Shown here: positions 1 through 14,267 of the stretch, piece by piece
How the letters are laid out: each line of letters opens with the position of its first letter
Numbering within the stretch: the first letter of the stretch is position 1
Assembly: GCF_006345805.1 (NCBI RefSeq)
Contig: NC_042998.1
Location: forward strand, 186,000,001-186,064,000
DNA from: Octopus sinensis
Lineage: Eukaryota
Direction: 5' to 3'
Length of the DNA stretch: 64,000 nt
Notes under the pieces: model-generated
What the model saw: the letters and a program-made list of their open reading frames with translations, nothing else
What the model was told of the DNA's origin: nothing
The model's database searches: none
Made by a program: the position numbers and the translations under genes

Positions 1-49
1 TAAAAGGTTGAAAGGCAAAGTCAGCCTCAGCGACATTTGAACTCAGAAC

Positions 50-52
<3 letters not shown>

Positions 53-134
<82 letters not shown>
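53..134. repeat. (TA)n microsatellite
   Basis: Read directly from the sequence. Confidence 0.98.
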
Positions 135-135
<1 letters not shown>

Positions 136-188
136 GTTTAAATATTTGTTGTGCAAGATTTTTTATGTGAAGTCGTACGTTGAAACAG

Positions 189-893
<705 letters not shown>

Positions 894-948
894 CGCTAGC
901 CACTACACATTCTTTATTTTCTCTCCTTGTTTTTTTTTCTCTGTGTTC

Positions 949-984
949 CTTTCTGTGGAAGAACGTAGGCTCGAAACGTTAAAG
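949..984 (+). ncRNA. Decayed minimal hammerhead motif
   Basis: CUUU-CUGUGGA-A-GAAC GUAG GCUC-GAAA-CGU-U-AAAG, with one core and one stem mismatch. Confidence 0.42.
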
Positions 985-2159
985 ACTTTTTCACTCCCGA
1001 GCGTTATACTAATACATCTATTTGTTGTCTAAACCACCTGATCCCTGATGTCATTCCGAACCCCAGTCAAATGGAAGAGAAGGGATTTTTATTGCTGATC
1101 TTTCTGTTCTTGTGGGAGGATTCTAGTAAACAATATTGGAAATTACAATCCCACGTCATATCAGTAGCGGGGGCAGAATGCTCACGATCTCTGGAATTTC
1201 CAAGACTAACGAGACTTATGATCCAGATACCCAGTTAAACAGTGTCTACTAAAAAGCCTCGGACGTGTGATCCAAATGCTTACAATGGCTTCTCTAAAGA
1301 AACTAAGGACTAGGTATGATATTGAATCGGACAGATTCTTAAGTCTTCCATCTAACCAACTTTGATTTGAGACATTTACCTATACTGAAGTGATTTGTGC
1401 ATTGTTCTTTACTTGCATTCTCTTTGTTCTCTTCGTCCATTTCACCATGTTGCAATAGTTTAGGTAGTAAAACAGAGGTAAAATCTTGTAGGGAAAGCAA
1501 TTAAAAAATATCCTGTCTTATCAAACGAATTCAGTAACATTCGTTCTTTGAACCAGAAGGTAAAATAATTGAACGCTTAAAAGTTACGCAACCTGGCACG
1601 TAAAGTTTTACACTGTTTGGATCGCTCTAAATATATCAAATATTGCGTAAAAGAGACGCCAGATACTGTATTCATTTAAAATTGTTTGCCTCAAGTGCAT
1701 TCCAGGTATTAATCCATTATATAAACTTCATATCAACTGTAAACCAAATAACTCAGTTTCTGCATTTGCTGTTCAAAGTAATCTCCCTTGCTCTAAACAA
1801 AGGTAAATTAACTAATTATCTCCCTTATCTCACTATGTTCCCAACAGAAATATTTTATATAATGTTCTACTAAAGTAGAATATTATATAAGTATAAAAAA
1901 ACTGATGGAATTGAAAAATGAGCCATTCTAATAATTTATAAGAATATTCAGATTTTGTGGCAAAGTAATAAAAGTTTAGAATTGGAAAAGAGTCGAAATA
2001 CATACTTTATGATGTTTTTGTTTCAGCGAGTATGTAAGGGAAAAAACTATAAATATTCAAACTGCCTTATTACAGAGTGCTTTCCCTTTAATTAAAAATA
2101 TTGTTTACATCAGAAACAGTTTTATTTCGTGCATGTGTGTGTGTGTGTGTTCTTATATT

Positions 2160-2350
2160 CTTTTATTTGTTGCAGTCATTTGACTGCGCCATACAGGAGC
2201 ACCGCTTTGAAAAGGGGTTCTAGTCGAAGAAATTGGACCCTGGTAGTTATTGTATTGTTCTCCTATGCCGAGCCGCTAAGTTACGGAAATGTAAACACAC
2301 TAACATCGCTTGTCAAGTGATGGTGGGGAGGACAAGCGGGCAAAGTCAGA
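2160..2350 (-). mobile_element. SINE G segment
   Basis: Matches 9955-10165 and 50341-50540; another copy at about 27660-27860. Confidence 0.72.
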
Positions 2351-2982
2351 CACAAAGACACACACACACACACAAGAATGCAAAACATCCAGACAGATGA
2401 TACAAAAAAGGGACAAGAAAAAACAAGGGCGGATCATTCGGAGTTTTCTTTCCGCAATCAAGTTCCAGATTATCTTTGCAATTTCGGCTGGTTATACTCG
2501 AGATTGCTCCAATCTGGCCAGCCCCAAGGAAAAACTAAGCTAAGAGCATTAGATTCCTTGGAAAAAAGCAGCAAATGTATACGAAAACAAGGATGGAGAA
2601 AACAAATAAACAGAGAAATGGTACACAAATACAAATGCAAACAATAAGACATTAACAACAGGTTTCTTTTGACTAAGGACGAATTAAATTAAGGCTGGTG
2701 TGTGTGGAAGGACATAAGAGATGACAAGCATGGAGAGGAATATAAATGTTGCATGGATGGTGGTCGAACCAAGAAAGGTTTGGCTGAACACCAGTCACAT
2801 GGAGAGAGAGGAGAGAGGTAGAGACAGAGGGATGGAAGAATTAGAGAGGGATGAGGAAAAAAGAAAAGAGACAGAGTGAAGTGAAAGAGGAGGGAAGGTG
2901 GGAATAAAGAGAAAGCCAGGAAATGTGAGAGAGAGGGAATGAAAGAACAAGGAATGGAATGAACAAAGTAAGTGTGAAGGGG

Positions 2983-3020
<38 letters not shown>

Positions 3021-3082
3021 CATATATATATATATATGTGTGTAGGAATGCCTATATATATGTATGTATGTATATATGTATA

Positions 3083-3238
3083 TGACAGGCTTCTTTCAGT
3101 TTCCATCTACCAAATTCACTCACAAGGCTTTGGTCGACCCAAGGTTGTAGTAGAGGACACTTGCCCAAGGTACCATGCTGTGAGACTGAACTATTTGTTT
3201 GGTAAACGAGCTTCTTACCACACAGCTACACTTGTGCC
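3083..3238 (-). mobile_element. SINE F head
   Basis: Matches the 10213-10370 copy; other F heads lie at about 14740-14950, 21415-21560, 28070-28230, 29900-30060, 35443-35605, 60580-60720 and 63905-64000. Confidence 0.78.
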
Positions 3239-3242
3239 TATA

Positions 3243-3519
3243 TCATTATCATCATCATCGTTTAACGTCAGTTTTCCATGCTGGCATGGGTTGGACTGTT
3301 TGACCGGGGTCTGGCAACCCAGGAGGTTGCGTCAAGCTCCAGTCTCATCTGGTAGTGTTTCTACAACTGGATACCCTTCCTAACGCCAACCACTTCAAGA
3401 GTGTAGTGGGTGTCATTTACGTTCCACTGGCACAGGTGCCAGGGGAGGCTGGCAACCGCCACGATCGGTTGGTGCTTTTTATGTTCCATCGGCACGGAAG
3501 CCAATCAAGGCAGCACTGG
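3243..3519 (-). mobile_element. RTE 3' end
   Basis: (CAT)n, CCATGCTGGCATGG and GGATACCCTTCCTAACGCCAACCAC match the reverse complement of the RTE 3' UTR. Confidence 0.85.
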
Positions 3520-3564
3520 CATATATATATATATAGAGAGAGAGAGAGGGAGGGAGGGAGAGAA

Positions 3565-3628
<64 letters not shown>

Positions 3629-3649
3629 GCAGGCAGACTTTAACTTTTG

Positions 3650-3832
3650 GCAGAAGGCCAGCAATTTCAGGGAGGGAGTAAGTCAATTACCAGTGCTCAA
3701 CTGGGACCTATTTCATTGACTCCCAAAAGGATGAAAGGGAAAGTCAACTTTGGCTGCATTTGAACTCAGAATGTAAAGATAGACGAAATGCCAGTAAGCA
3801 TGTTGCCCAGTGCACTAATGATTCTGCCAGTT
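3650..3832 (-). mobile_element. tRNA-derived SINE, family A
   Basis: Same head and body as family B but a different tail (GGCCAGCAATTT on the + strand). Confidence 0.75.
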
Positions 3833-3939
3833 TAGTAACATAGCCACACATGACTTTCTGTTGATATGCATTATGTACTTATCAAATAACCTTTTGCAGT
3901 AGATTTGTGCACTTCTTCTGGGTTTATATCCTTAAAATC

Positions 3940-4330
3940 AGTGAGGGATTACTTTCCAAGGAGCACTTTTTCACCTCTCATGTTACTATCTGCAAACTTC
4001 GATTTACGCATGCACTAACTCTGAGCACCTTTTCAAACTCCACCATGTTTCCCATGACTTTCGGAAACATTTTTTTCACACTAAGCATGGAACAAACTGC
4101 TGGCATCAGTTGTTAGTTGTCGGAGCATTGCATCCTTCAAAACTTCCATGCTTTCTGAGATTTGCCAACACTACACCTGATTTTCTCCCCTCCATACACA
4201 CGCAAGCATGTATCTGACTCATACACAGTTCACTTCCCAGACATTCGTACATTAAGGCACATGCTTTATATGCACTTTTGACAAGTTGTGGTGCACCTGA
4301 GCACTGCATACAATAATTTCATTATATTAT
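3940..4330 (+). mobile_element. CR1/L2-like LINE 3' fragment
   Basis: HDFRKHFFTL-like end of ORF2. The 3' end GTGCACCTGAGCACTG...CATTATATTAT is shared with the 17040 copy. Confidence 0.7.
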
Positions 4331-4338
4331 ATATATAA

Positions 4339-4564
4339 CTTGATACATGGTGGTCTGTTGTTTGGCATATAACATTAAAAAATTGATGAAATGTTTTAAT
4401 TTAGATAATTCTAAACTGAATCATAGAACCATCATAGAATCATGGGCAGTCTGGAGAGAGTTTTTAAATACAAACAAGGCAGCAAAGACTTGATGTCGAT
4501 TCAAACAGACTTATAATGTTGCATCATTTCCCCTGATAATATCTACTAACCACCATGTATCAAG
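4339..4564. repeat. Small inverted-repeat element
   Basis: Perfect 16-bp IR CTTGATACATGGTGGT / ACCACCATGTATCAAG. Confidence 0.5.
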
Positions 4565-5046
4565 GTGCGTGTATAAATCAAATTTTGCAGGAAAAGTGCT
4601 TCTTTAAAAGTGATCTCTCACTGATTTTAAGGATATATACCCAGAAGAAGTGCACAAATCTACTGCAAAAGGTTATTAGATAAGTACTTTATGCATATCA
4701 ACAGAAGGTCATGCATGACTATGTTACTAGGAAGTATCTGACAGCAACATAGATAACCAAAGTAATCTATCTTAGGATAACAACCAGGATGTTAGCTCTC
4801 ACTTTGGAGAATGTGTTTTTGCAACCAGAAATAATAAATAATAATAGGCATAGAAGAACTCTGGATGGAGACGTTGGTATTTACACTGGGGAAGGTGTCA
4901 CCCAAATTATAAATAGGTGTCTGAAAATGTTGCAAAAATAGTAGTTCTATAGATAAAAATAATATAAGACTTCCGTGACACAATGGTTATATTCATAATA
5001 TAAAAGTATTGGTGAAATATCTCCATCAAAACCTTTGTAAGATATA

Positions 5047-6325
5047 CAGGGGTTGGACAAAATAATGGAAACACCTTAAAATTTCAAACAAATTTATTTT
5101 AATGTGGGTTAGGACCGCCTTTGGCAGTAATTACAGCATGAATTCTATAAGGTATGGACTTGTACAAAGATTGAATTGCTTCCAAAAGAAGTTTTGTCCA
5201 TTTTTTAGCTAAAACTGTCTCCGGTTCTTGTAGTGATGATGGTGGAGGATATCAACTCCTTACTTATTTTTCTAAAATGCACCATAAATGTTCAATAATA
5301 TTGAAATCTGGGGACTGTGGTGGCCAGATAAGATGTTCACCTTCACTAGAACGTTTCTCATGCCATTCAGTAACAATTTTAGCTGTGTGAATTGGTGTAT
5401 TATCATCCTGAAAGATTGCATTTCCCTCCGGAAACAGTTCCACAACCATAGGATGAATTTGATCAGATAAAATGCTTAAAAAGTCTTGAATATTAATTCT
5501 ATCATGAAGAGAAACCATTGGGCCGGCGAATTTCCAAGATATATCCCACCGGCCAATCATCACAGATCCTCCTCCATGTTTAACAGTTGGAAGAAGGCAG
5601 TGTGGATCATATGCTTTTTTTGGTTGTCTCCACATTTATAATCAGCTGGTGATTAGAAATAAGGCAAAGGATGACTCGTCCAAGAAAATAACATTCTTCC
5701 GCTGCTCTAGGGACCAATTCTGAAGGTTTTTGCTCCACTCTAAACACTTTGCAACATTTGTTTTTGGAAATAGTAGTTTTCTGATTGCAGCCCCCCCCCC
5801 CGTGAAATCCAGCTTTGTGCAGTTCCCGGTGAAGTTTTTGTGCAAACTGGGTTCTTGAGGTGGTCATTAAGCTCTGCAGTAATTTTGGGAGCTGTACTTT
5901 TGTGATCCTTTCTAACAATTCGCGTAAGAGTCCAACAGTCCCTATCTGAAAGTTTTGGTTTTCTTTCAGAGTTCTGTTTCAACGAGGAGGTTTTTCCCTC
6001 TTTCTCAAAAGCTGTCATTACTTTCGAGACAGTACTTCTTGATACACCAAACATTTCAGCTGTTTTTATTATGCTAAGGCATGCCATACAAGCACCAAAA
6101 ATTTTAACTCTTTGAAAGTCCGATTGATCTGTCATTTTAATGAATTTTAATTACCTTTTTCTGATGATATCTGAAAAGAAACAGCAGCTTTAGCAAAACA
6201 TATTAAGCAACACTAATAATAAATCAAAAAGCATAAAAATAAACAAACTTTTGACGGTTTTATAGATATTTCAAAATTATGATCCTATGATGCTAGGTGT
6301 TTTTTATTATTTTGTCCAACCCCTT
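5047..6325 (-). mobile_element. Tc1-family (DD34E) transposon, full-length but frameshifted
   Basis: About 30-bp TIRs (CAGGGGTTGGACAAAATAATGGAAACACCT) flanked by TA. Split ORFs give FLDESSF, PTVKHGGGSVM, FQDDNTPIH and WPPQSPDFNIIEHLW. Confidence 0.93.
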
Positions 6326-7789
6326 TAAGTATAACAAATCAAACAGAATGATCTGTTATACTTTCATCTTACACAAATTTTGATGGAGATATTCCACCAG
6401 TAACATCTCTAACAAAGAAATTAATGCGTTCATAGATGTAGAGATCAGTTGTTCATTAGTCATTAACAGGATGTTAAAGATTAAAGAAAAAAAAAAATCA
6501 TTTATTCTGAGAATTTTGCAGGTTCTGTAACTGAACTAAAACTTTAGAGCACAGTATACACTAAGCTAATTATTATTATTATAATTTTTTTAATTTTAAT
6601 TTCTCTAAATTAAGATCTGGCTGGTTTTACTTTAAAGTTTTTCCAATGGGTGTGATATTTCAAACAGGGAAAACATTTCAGGGTATGAGCAGTTCCTTAT
6701 AAGGCATTTATTTGTGTAGTGCCAATATCATTTGGTTTTAAGTTGATCAAAAGAATTGTTGAAATTTCTTTGGAATGGATCCCAGTGTTCCAGCCCCTAA
6801 AAGTGTACTTTCATAGAGGTGCTCCATATTCTTTCTAGTTCAATCTTCAACTTTACATTCTTCTACAACTCAACTGTCCTAAGCAAATCCCATAATTCAG
6901 TGATATCATCCATCTGTGCATACCATAGATAGCATTTACCTTCATGCTTTCACTAAACAGTTCTTTTCCTTATCAACTAATTGTTGGTTGATTAAATTTT
7001 GTTGGTTACCACACACTATGAATATAGTTAGGTTCTCAAGTACTTCCAATTCATAATCCTCCAGATCAGAGGGTAACTCTACCTGGAGTGCTTAATCTTA
7101 ACAAGCATACTTCCTTATATCCTTGTCACTGTCCTAATTTCCTCTAATCCTTCTTACTATAGCCTCCTCTGTGCTCTGAAGTACATTGACAATGATTTCA
7201 TTGCTACTTTCTTCTAAAGGTTTATCAAAATTCATTCAGATCTTGCAGTCTTCTCTCAACACTTCTATTATTTCTTCAGTTCTTTTTCTGCATAACAGAT
7301 TTGATACATAAGTTGGGTCACAACAGACTCAATAATTCCTTTTTCATTCCAAATTTGCTGGACATTTTTTTCCAATGCCATGTTTACAAAGTGCTTTGGT
7401 TTCATTGATTCTCTCAAAATGAATCTTGTTATCAGATTTTGACCAGCACTTTTGATCTTCAACTTTCTTTTTCCAACCTTCATGTTTTTTCCTGTGATAC
7501 AGAGTTGTTTTTGTGCACTTAGGACCAGTCACTGGATAACAACCAATGGAAGTCTAATCTTCTGCACTCTCCTGCCATGCGTGACTATGGGTCCTCTTGT
7601 TGACCCTCAGAGTTCCATCTGACATGTCCATAACCTTAGCAGTTACTTGTTTTATCATTTTTTCCCATCATTACAAGAACAAGCTGGTTGATATAAGATT
7701 ATTCCTTCCGTTGTGTGTTTATCAGATTTGCACTTGCAATGAAATAGAGCAGCACAAGATGAATTGCCAACCGAAGTACACAGAACACC

Positions 7790-8040
7790 CTCAGCAAGCT
7801 GGTAGAATCGTTGCACATTAGGCAAAATGCTTAGCAGTATTTAATCCAGGTTTATGTTCTGAGTTAAAATTCCACCAAGGTTAACTTATCCTTTCATTCT
7901 TTTGAGGTTGATAAAATAAGTACCAGTTGAGCACTAGGAATGATGTAATCAAGTAACTCCACCCCCACCTTAAAATGTCAAGCTTTTCACCTATAGTAGA
8001 AAGGATTATCATTATAAAATCAGTGGGCTTGTGGCACGGC
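7790..8040 (+). mobile_element. SINE family A (diverged)
   Basis: GGTAGAATCG...GAGTTAAAATTCC...ATAAAATAAGTACCAG. Confidence 0.65.
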
Positions 8041-9150
8041 ACCTGGAGAAGTAAGCTCAAGCCATCCAACTGCATCATTGGGCACTGAACAGATGAACCA
8101 GTTAAATTGCTCAGGGTCTGGTTCGGTCTGGACCTCCAGACAGTCAATATCTGGGACAAGGTAATTAGCAGGGTGACTACTCTCACCCAGAAATGGGTAG
8201 AGAGAGAGCCATCCCTGAAAGGTCAGGCAGAGGTGGCTAATGTGTATATCATGTCTGTCATCTACTATCGCTTGACCATCATGCCTTGTCCTAGCCACTG
8301 TCTGATTACACTGGAACGTATACTCTTCTGCTTCTTGTGGAAGGGACGTGTCCCAATGATTAGGTGGTCTATCTGCTGTCAACACCCATTGAGTGGTGGT
8401 CTGAACATGCCGTGGTTGATGATGAACAGACATGCACTGAGGCTACAACATCTCCAGTGTTTCCTTGACGGTGAACAGGTGTGGTTGCTGTTCATCAGAC
8501 ACATATTTCCACAGCTAGTTTCTTTAAAAGAGCTGCAGTCTGGGTAAAACAAAGACCGATGGGGAGTATTTGGCAAATGGAATGTCTTCAAGTACTCACA
8601 GCCCTCAGTCAAACAGACACTGCGATAGGTGAAACGTCCATTTTATAAAGGATTATTGAAGGAACAGTGCAAAGATCAACTAGTCGTTCTTCTCCCGAGA
8701 ACTTTCAGCTCGGGACCAATGGATAGTTTCCAATAATCTCTGACCTGGCAGAGCTATTGAAGAGCTTTGCCTGTTCAAGATAAACTTTACAGGCATGGAA
8801 ATGCCATCAGCCAAGCATGTCTGAGATGCACATAGGGCAACAAGAATGTCCTGCATGCACTCATCCAACGCCCGAGTATTGCTGACCTGTGGGTTTATGT
8901 AAAACACCTGCTGTTGCATGTGGGACAGATCCAGCTGTCAACTGAATCCATCGTGAAGATTGCCCCACCACCTTCCTTTAACCAAGACAGAAAGGCTGTG
9001 TTTACATGCCTGGTGGCCATGGCGATAGAGGTTGCATGGTGAATGAGATTGAAGGGGCTGGAGACAAACACTTCTCTCTTTGGTTAATCCTTGATAAACT
9101 TCTTCAAGTTTCATTTGAAAAGGAAAATAAGGGTTGAGAAAAGAATCTAA
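8040..9150 (+). mobile_element. Tx1/L1-clade LINE, C-terminal ORF2 fragment (decayed)
   Basis: W..REPSLKGQAEVANVYIMS...LERILFCFLWKG...ICCQHPLSGGLNMP, with a downstream decayed CLRC...HALIQ knuckle. Confidence 0.8.
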
Positions 9151-9729
9151 TCAACCACACAGAAATCAATACCCCCCTCCTCTCTCTCTCTCAGAACTAG
9201 TTTTCAATCTATCTTTACAAGGATTTTAATTGATTTGCCATTAAATGGTTCCAAATGATGTATGATTTTTCATCACCTGAATACACGTTGATGGTTTCTG
9301 TAATTGTGTAGAAAGTTATGCAGAAAAGCATCTGAAGGGCTAAGAACTGTTAGAGAAAGGCTGTCATAAGCCCCTATTTAATAGCATTAAGCAGCCGAGA
9401 GATGTTCACATTTCCAACAGCTAAATGAACTGAATCACATCTAATAATTGTTTTGAATAAATATACAATAAAACATATCCAATGAGTCTGATTATAGACA
9501 ATAAACAAGTCGTCACAGATGGAACAGTAAATTAAAGCAGATTTTGTTATAGGATTTCAAAAGCAGATTTTTGTATGATACAGCTGTTACCAGGATTATT
9601 TGAGATCGTTTAATCATATGTAGAAGCAAGTCACTAAAAACTGGATCTCTATTTGAGAACAGTATGTTCCAATGAAACTCACTCTATTACTTCTTCTGAG
9701 TGTTCAATATAAGTGCATTCAAAATATTG

Positions 9730-9942
9730 ATTTCAAATTTTGGCTCAAGGCCAGCAATTTCAGTGGGGAAGTAAGTTGATTACATCAACCCCAGTACTCA
9801 ACTGGTACTCATTTTATTGACTACAAAAGGATGAAAGGCAAAGTCGACCTCGGCAGAATTTGAACTCAGAATGTAAAGACGGATGAGATTCCACGAAGCA
9901 TTTTGCCTGGCATGGTTATAATTCTGTTAGCTCACCCCCTTC
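9730..9942 (-). mobile_element. SINE family A
   Basis: TCAAATTTTGGCTCAAGGCCAGCAATTT...GGATGAAAGGCAAAGTCGACCTC...GAACTCAGAA. Confidence 0.82.
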
Positions 9943-9954
9943 AACACATTACTC

Positions 9955-10370
9955 TTTACTCTCTTTTTACACTTTTACTTGTTTCAGTCATTTGACTGTG
10001 GCCATGCTGGAGCACCACCTTTAGTCAAGCAAATCAACCCCAGGACTTATTCTTTGTAAACCTAGTACTTATTCTATTGGTCTCTTTTGCCAAACCGATA
10101 AGTTACAGAGACATAAACACATCACCATCGGTTGTCAAGCGATGTTGGGGGGACAAACACAGACACACAAACATATACACACACACATATATATATACAT
10201 ATACATATATATGACGGGCTTCTTTCAGTTTCCGTCTACCAAATCCACTCACAAGGCCTAGGCCGCCTAAGGCTATATTAGAAGACACTTGCTCAAGGTG
10301 CCACGAAGTGGGACTGAACCCAGAACTATGTGGTTCGTAAGCAAGCTACTTACCACACAGCCACTCCTAC
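9955..10370 (-). mobile_element. Bipartite SINE F-(microsatellite)-G
   Basis: tRNA-like head AGGAGTGGCTGTGTGG...GGTTCAGTCCC, an internal (TA/TG)n, then the G segment ending AAGAGTAAAGAGT. Confidence 0.8.
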
Positions 10371-11198
10371 ATTCAAACATTTTTAATAAAATAAGTTAGA
10401 GTAATAGGAAATTGGGACTTTAATGAATCACAGGGCACCATTTGAGAAATTTACATTAAAGAAGATTGAAGTTTTCTTTTCACTCATGGAAAAATGATAC
10501 ATACTGAACCCTTTATGACCACATTTGAAATGGAAAACGGTCTGTGTCTAGACATAGTCTGACTGAAATACTTTCTCAGTGTGACCAGAATCCTACTGAA
10601 ATACAAAGTTTAGCATTCCTATTAAATGTGAAATAAAATAACATAAAATCATGGATTCAGAAAGATTTAGTAAAATAACATGTTTTTTTGTTTTTGATCT
10701 TTAATCATGCATTTGGAACTTGGCTTGACATTAAATTCTGTAATGACATTATGAGAGGTTTTAATTTAATACTGAACACTTCAAAACAATGAGCGTTGTA
10801 TCATAGAATCACAGGCAGTCACAGGGGGACTGATTTCAAAAGGGATAATGAGCAAATTACTCACACAATACAGAGATTCTAGATTCTTCTAGAAACTTGT
10901 GCATTGAACAAGTTAATATTTTTACAGGTAAATTCATACTTCGTTTTAGTAAAGGATAAACTAGGTCAGAACAATATTAATGGGAAACATGTATGCATAC
11001 ATGCATGCATATGTGCATAAATGTATGCATACATGCATAGATGTATGCATACATTCATATGCATGCACACACACAAAACACATACATAAATCAGTAAAAC
11101 TTTCCAGAAGTTTATTATTTAAATATACATAAGAATGTCTAGACATGCTCATATATGCGTGAGAATACATACATAAAATAGAACATACAAATCTACAC

Positions 11199-11202
<4 letters not shown>

Positions 11203-11231
<29 letters not shown>

Positions 11232-11297
11232 CATACATACATACATACATACATACATACATACATACATACATACATACATACATACATACATACA
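11203..11297. repeat. (CATA)n microsatellite
   Basis: Read directly from the sequence. Confidence 0.98.
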
Positions 11298-11396
11298 AAT
11301 ACACTAATATCAAACAGTGAGAATGAATGCTTAACACTGCATTGGTAACCTTGTTAACCCACAATTAAAGTACACACACATACACACGTGTGCACA

Positions 11397-11429
<33 letters not shown>

Positions 11430-12250
11430 CATCACTGTCCACTTTTCCATGCTTGTATGGGTTGAACAAAGATTTTCTATGCTGGCATGGGTTGGACAGT
11501 TTGACTGAGAACTGGTAAACCAGGAGCTGCACCAATTTCCAATCTCATCTGGCATGGTTTCTATAACCAGATGCATTTCCTAACACCAACCACTCTAAGA
11601 GTGTAGTGGGTGCTTTTTACATGCCACCAGCACTGGTGCCAAGTTATGTTACACCGGCATCGACCATGACTATGATATTACTTGGCCTGACAGGTCTTCT
11701 CAAGCACGGTATATCATCAAAGGTTTCAGTCACCTGTCACTGCCTCCGTGAGGCCCAATGTTTGAACGGTGCTTTTTACATTCCACCAGCATAGGTGCCC
11801 ATCACATTGCATGGTATTGGCCACATTGCACTGGTATTGGCCACATTGCCCTGGTATTTGGCGGTGAGCTGGCAGAATCGTTAGCACATCGGGCGAAATG
11901 CTTAGCGGTATTTCAGCTGCCGTTACGTTGTGAGTTCAAATTCCGCTGAGGTCGATTTTGCCTTTCGTCCTTTCGGGGTCAATAAATTAAGTACCACTTA
12001 CGCACTGGGGTCGATGTAATCGACTTAATACCTATGTCTGTCCTTGTTTGTCCCCTCTATGTTTAGCCCCTTGTGGGTAATAAAGAAATAGGTATTGGCC
12101 ACAACTAGGATTTCACTTAGCTCGACAGGTCTTCTCAAGCATAGCATATCATCCAACGTTTGAAGGGTGCTTTTTACATGCCAGTCATGTGACACTGGCA
12201 TGAGCCCCGACTACCTTTTCACTTGGGTTGCCAAGTCTTCCCAAGCACAG
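11430..12250 (-). mobile_element. RTE 3' end interrupted by a SINE B copy
   Basis: RTE terminal motifs and GGTGCTTTTTACATGCCA modules lie on both sides of the SINE at 11860-12090. Confidence 0.7.
11860..12090 (+). mobile_element. tRNA-derived SINE, family B monomer
   Basis: A-box-like TGGCAGAATCG and B-box-like GTTCAAATTCC; tail ...GCCCCTTGTGGGTAATAAAGAAATA; GGTATT on both sides. Confidence 0.85.
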
Positions 12251-12608
12251 GGATGTTAGCATATTTTGCCACTTCTTCATTAGCAGGTAGGATCACTATA
12301 ATTACTGTAAGAAGTTCCGACTAGTATTTGAATTTTTTTGGCGTTAGATTTATTTTATCATAGTTTATCATAGTTTCTTTCTGTTTGTGATTAGTGACTG
12401 TTATCTGTATGTTTAATTTAGTATTGTGCTGTGTTTTATGTATCACAGCTATTATCTTTCAGCTAGTTTGTGAGAGAATGTCTAAAAAACAAATGTGCTG
12501 TTTACTTATGTTTTTTTTCCTATCTGGTTTCTAAACAAACTGAAAGGAACTCACATAAAAAGAGATAAAAGTTTTAAAATATACCCATGTTTACAATACA
12601 TCACTCTT

Positions 12609-12647
<39 letters not shown>

Positions 12648-12714
12648 ATATATATATATATACACATATATACACATATATACATACATACATACATGCA
12701 TACATACATATGGG

Positions 12715-12758
<44 letters not shown>

Positions 12759-12763
12759 TATAT

Positions 12764-12834
<71 letters not shown>

Positions 12835-12851
12835 CATATATATACATATAC

Positions 12852-12910
<59 letters not shown>

Positions 12911-13015
12911 TGTATATGTGTGTGTGTGTGTGTATATATATATACATACCCATACATATACATACATGTGTGAGTGTATGTGTGTGAATATATATGCATA
13001 AACTCACACACATAT
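12609..13015. repeat. Compound (CT)n/(TA)n/(CATA)n/(TATG)n tract
   Basis: Read directly from the sequence. Confidence 0.97.
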
Positions 13016-13328
13016 ATAACACCTATCCTTCCCTGCCACACCTATTCCTATTAACCATCCCTCAACACTTGTTCTTTATTCATTCACCCCACCAACTCCC
13101 CACCTGTAACCACCTCCTACTCTCCCAAATGCTCTTACTACCTCTGCTCACCAACACTTCCTGTTTTTCCTGTCTTCACTCACTTCTGTGCACTTCAAAC
13201 CCTGAAGATTCACTCTGATATCTCAACACCACCAATTTTATCTCTGTTTCCAGCTCCACCCTGGTCACTCCCACCCCCTCTTCTACAATGTGGGTAGACA
13301 TGATTGCTCCTACGCAGCAATAAACCTG

Positions 13329-13747
13329 AGAAGGTGGCAAGCTGGCAGAATCGTTAGCATGCAGGGCAAAATGCTTAGCGGTATTTCGTCTAATGCAACA
13401 TTCTGAATTCAAATTCTGCCGAGGTCGACTTTGCCTTTCAGTATTTTGGGGTCGATTAAATAAGTACCAGTTATGCACTGACGTCGATGTAATTGACTTA
13501 ATCCATTTGTCTGTCCTTGTTTGTCCCCTCTGTGTTTAGCCCCTTGTGGGTAGTAAAGAAATAGGTATTTCGTCTGCCGCTATGTTCTGAGTTCAAATTC
13601 CGCCAAGGTTGACTTTGCCTTTCATCCTTTCGGGGTTGATTAGATAAGTACCAGTCACGCACTGGGGTCGATATAATCAACTTAAATCCATTTGTCTGTA
13701 CTTGTTTGTCCCCTCTGTGTGTAGCCCCTTGTGGGCAATAAAGAAAT
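13329..13747 (+). mobile_element. SINE family B dimer
   Basis: One full unit plus a headless unit joined at AGGTATTTCGTCTG; AATAAACCTG on both flanks. Confidence 0.85.
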
Positions 13748-14267
13748 GAATAAACCTGTTTGCTCAAGCTCCTTTTCTCATACATTAACCCCTATCTTCA
13801 AGCATACCCTCTCCCCCGTATCCTCTCCCCTGCTCTCACTGTAGACTCAATCAGTCAAAAGGGATCTTAGTCTTGCTAGTTACATGACAACCTCACTAGT
13901 GCAGGTGCCACAAGAAAAGCACCCAATACATGTAAAGTGGATGGCATTAGGAAAAGTAATCAGGTGTTGAAACTATGCCAGTGCCAATATTGAAGCATGA
14001 TGCCCTTGGACATGCCAAACCATCCAACCGGCTACCAAATCCTCTCACAAGGCTATAGCAGAGGGCAATTAACCAAGGTACCATGTAGTGGAACTGAACT
14101 GAAAACCAAGCAGTGAAAAGTGAATTTTTTATTCCCACAGCCACGTCTATGCTAATACATACATACATAAGTTGTTGATGTTGTTGAAATTCCAATGGAG
14201 CCTTGGATCTAGGTTAGAAACCAGCTCCTTGTCTATTGGCAAGAAATCTTGAAATAAAACTAATAAT

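Noticed and set aside
2468-2530. Minus-strand GGCUGG/CCAGCC-GAAA-UUGCAA hammerhead-like hairpin
   Set aside because: No CUGANGA core and no NUH/stem I pairing; at most a heavily decayed or unrelated PLE-end structure.
6600-7700. Minus-strand short ORFs vaguely like a pogo/Tigger transposase
   Set aside because: No catalytic motif or TIR could be identified; too decayed to call.
11860-11950. tRNA-like A/B boxes as possible tRNA genes (also in SINE C and F heads)
   Set aside because: They are fused to SINE bodies and tails with TSDs, and I could not build a convincing cloverleaf.
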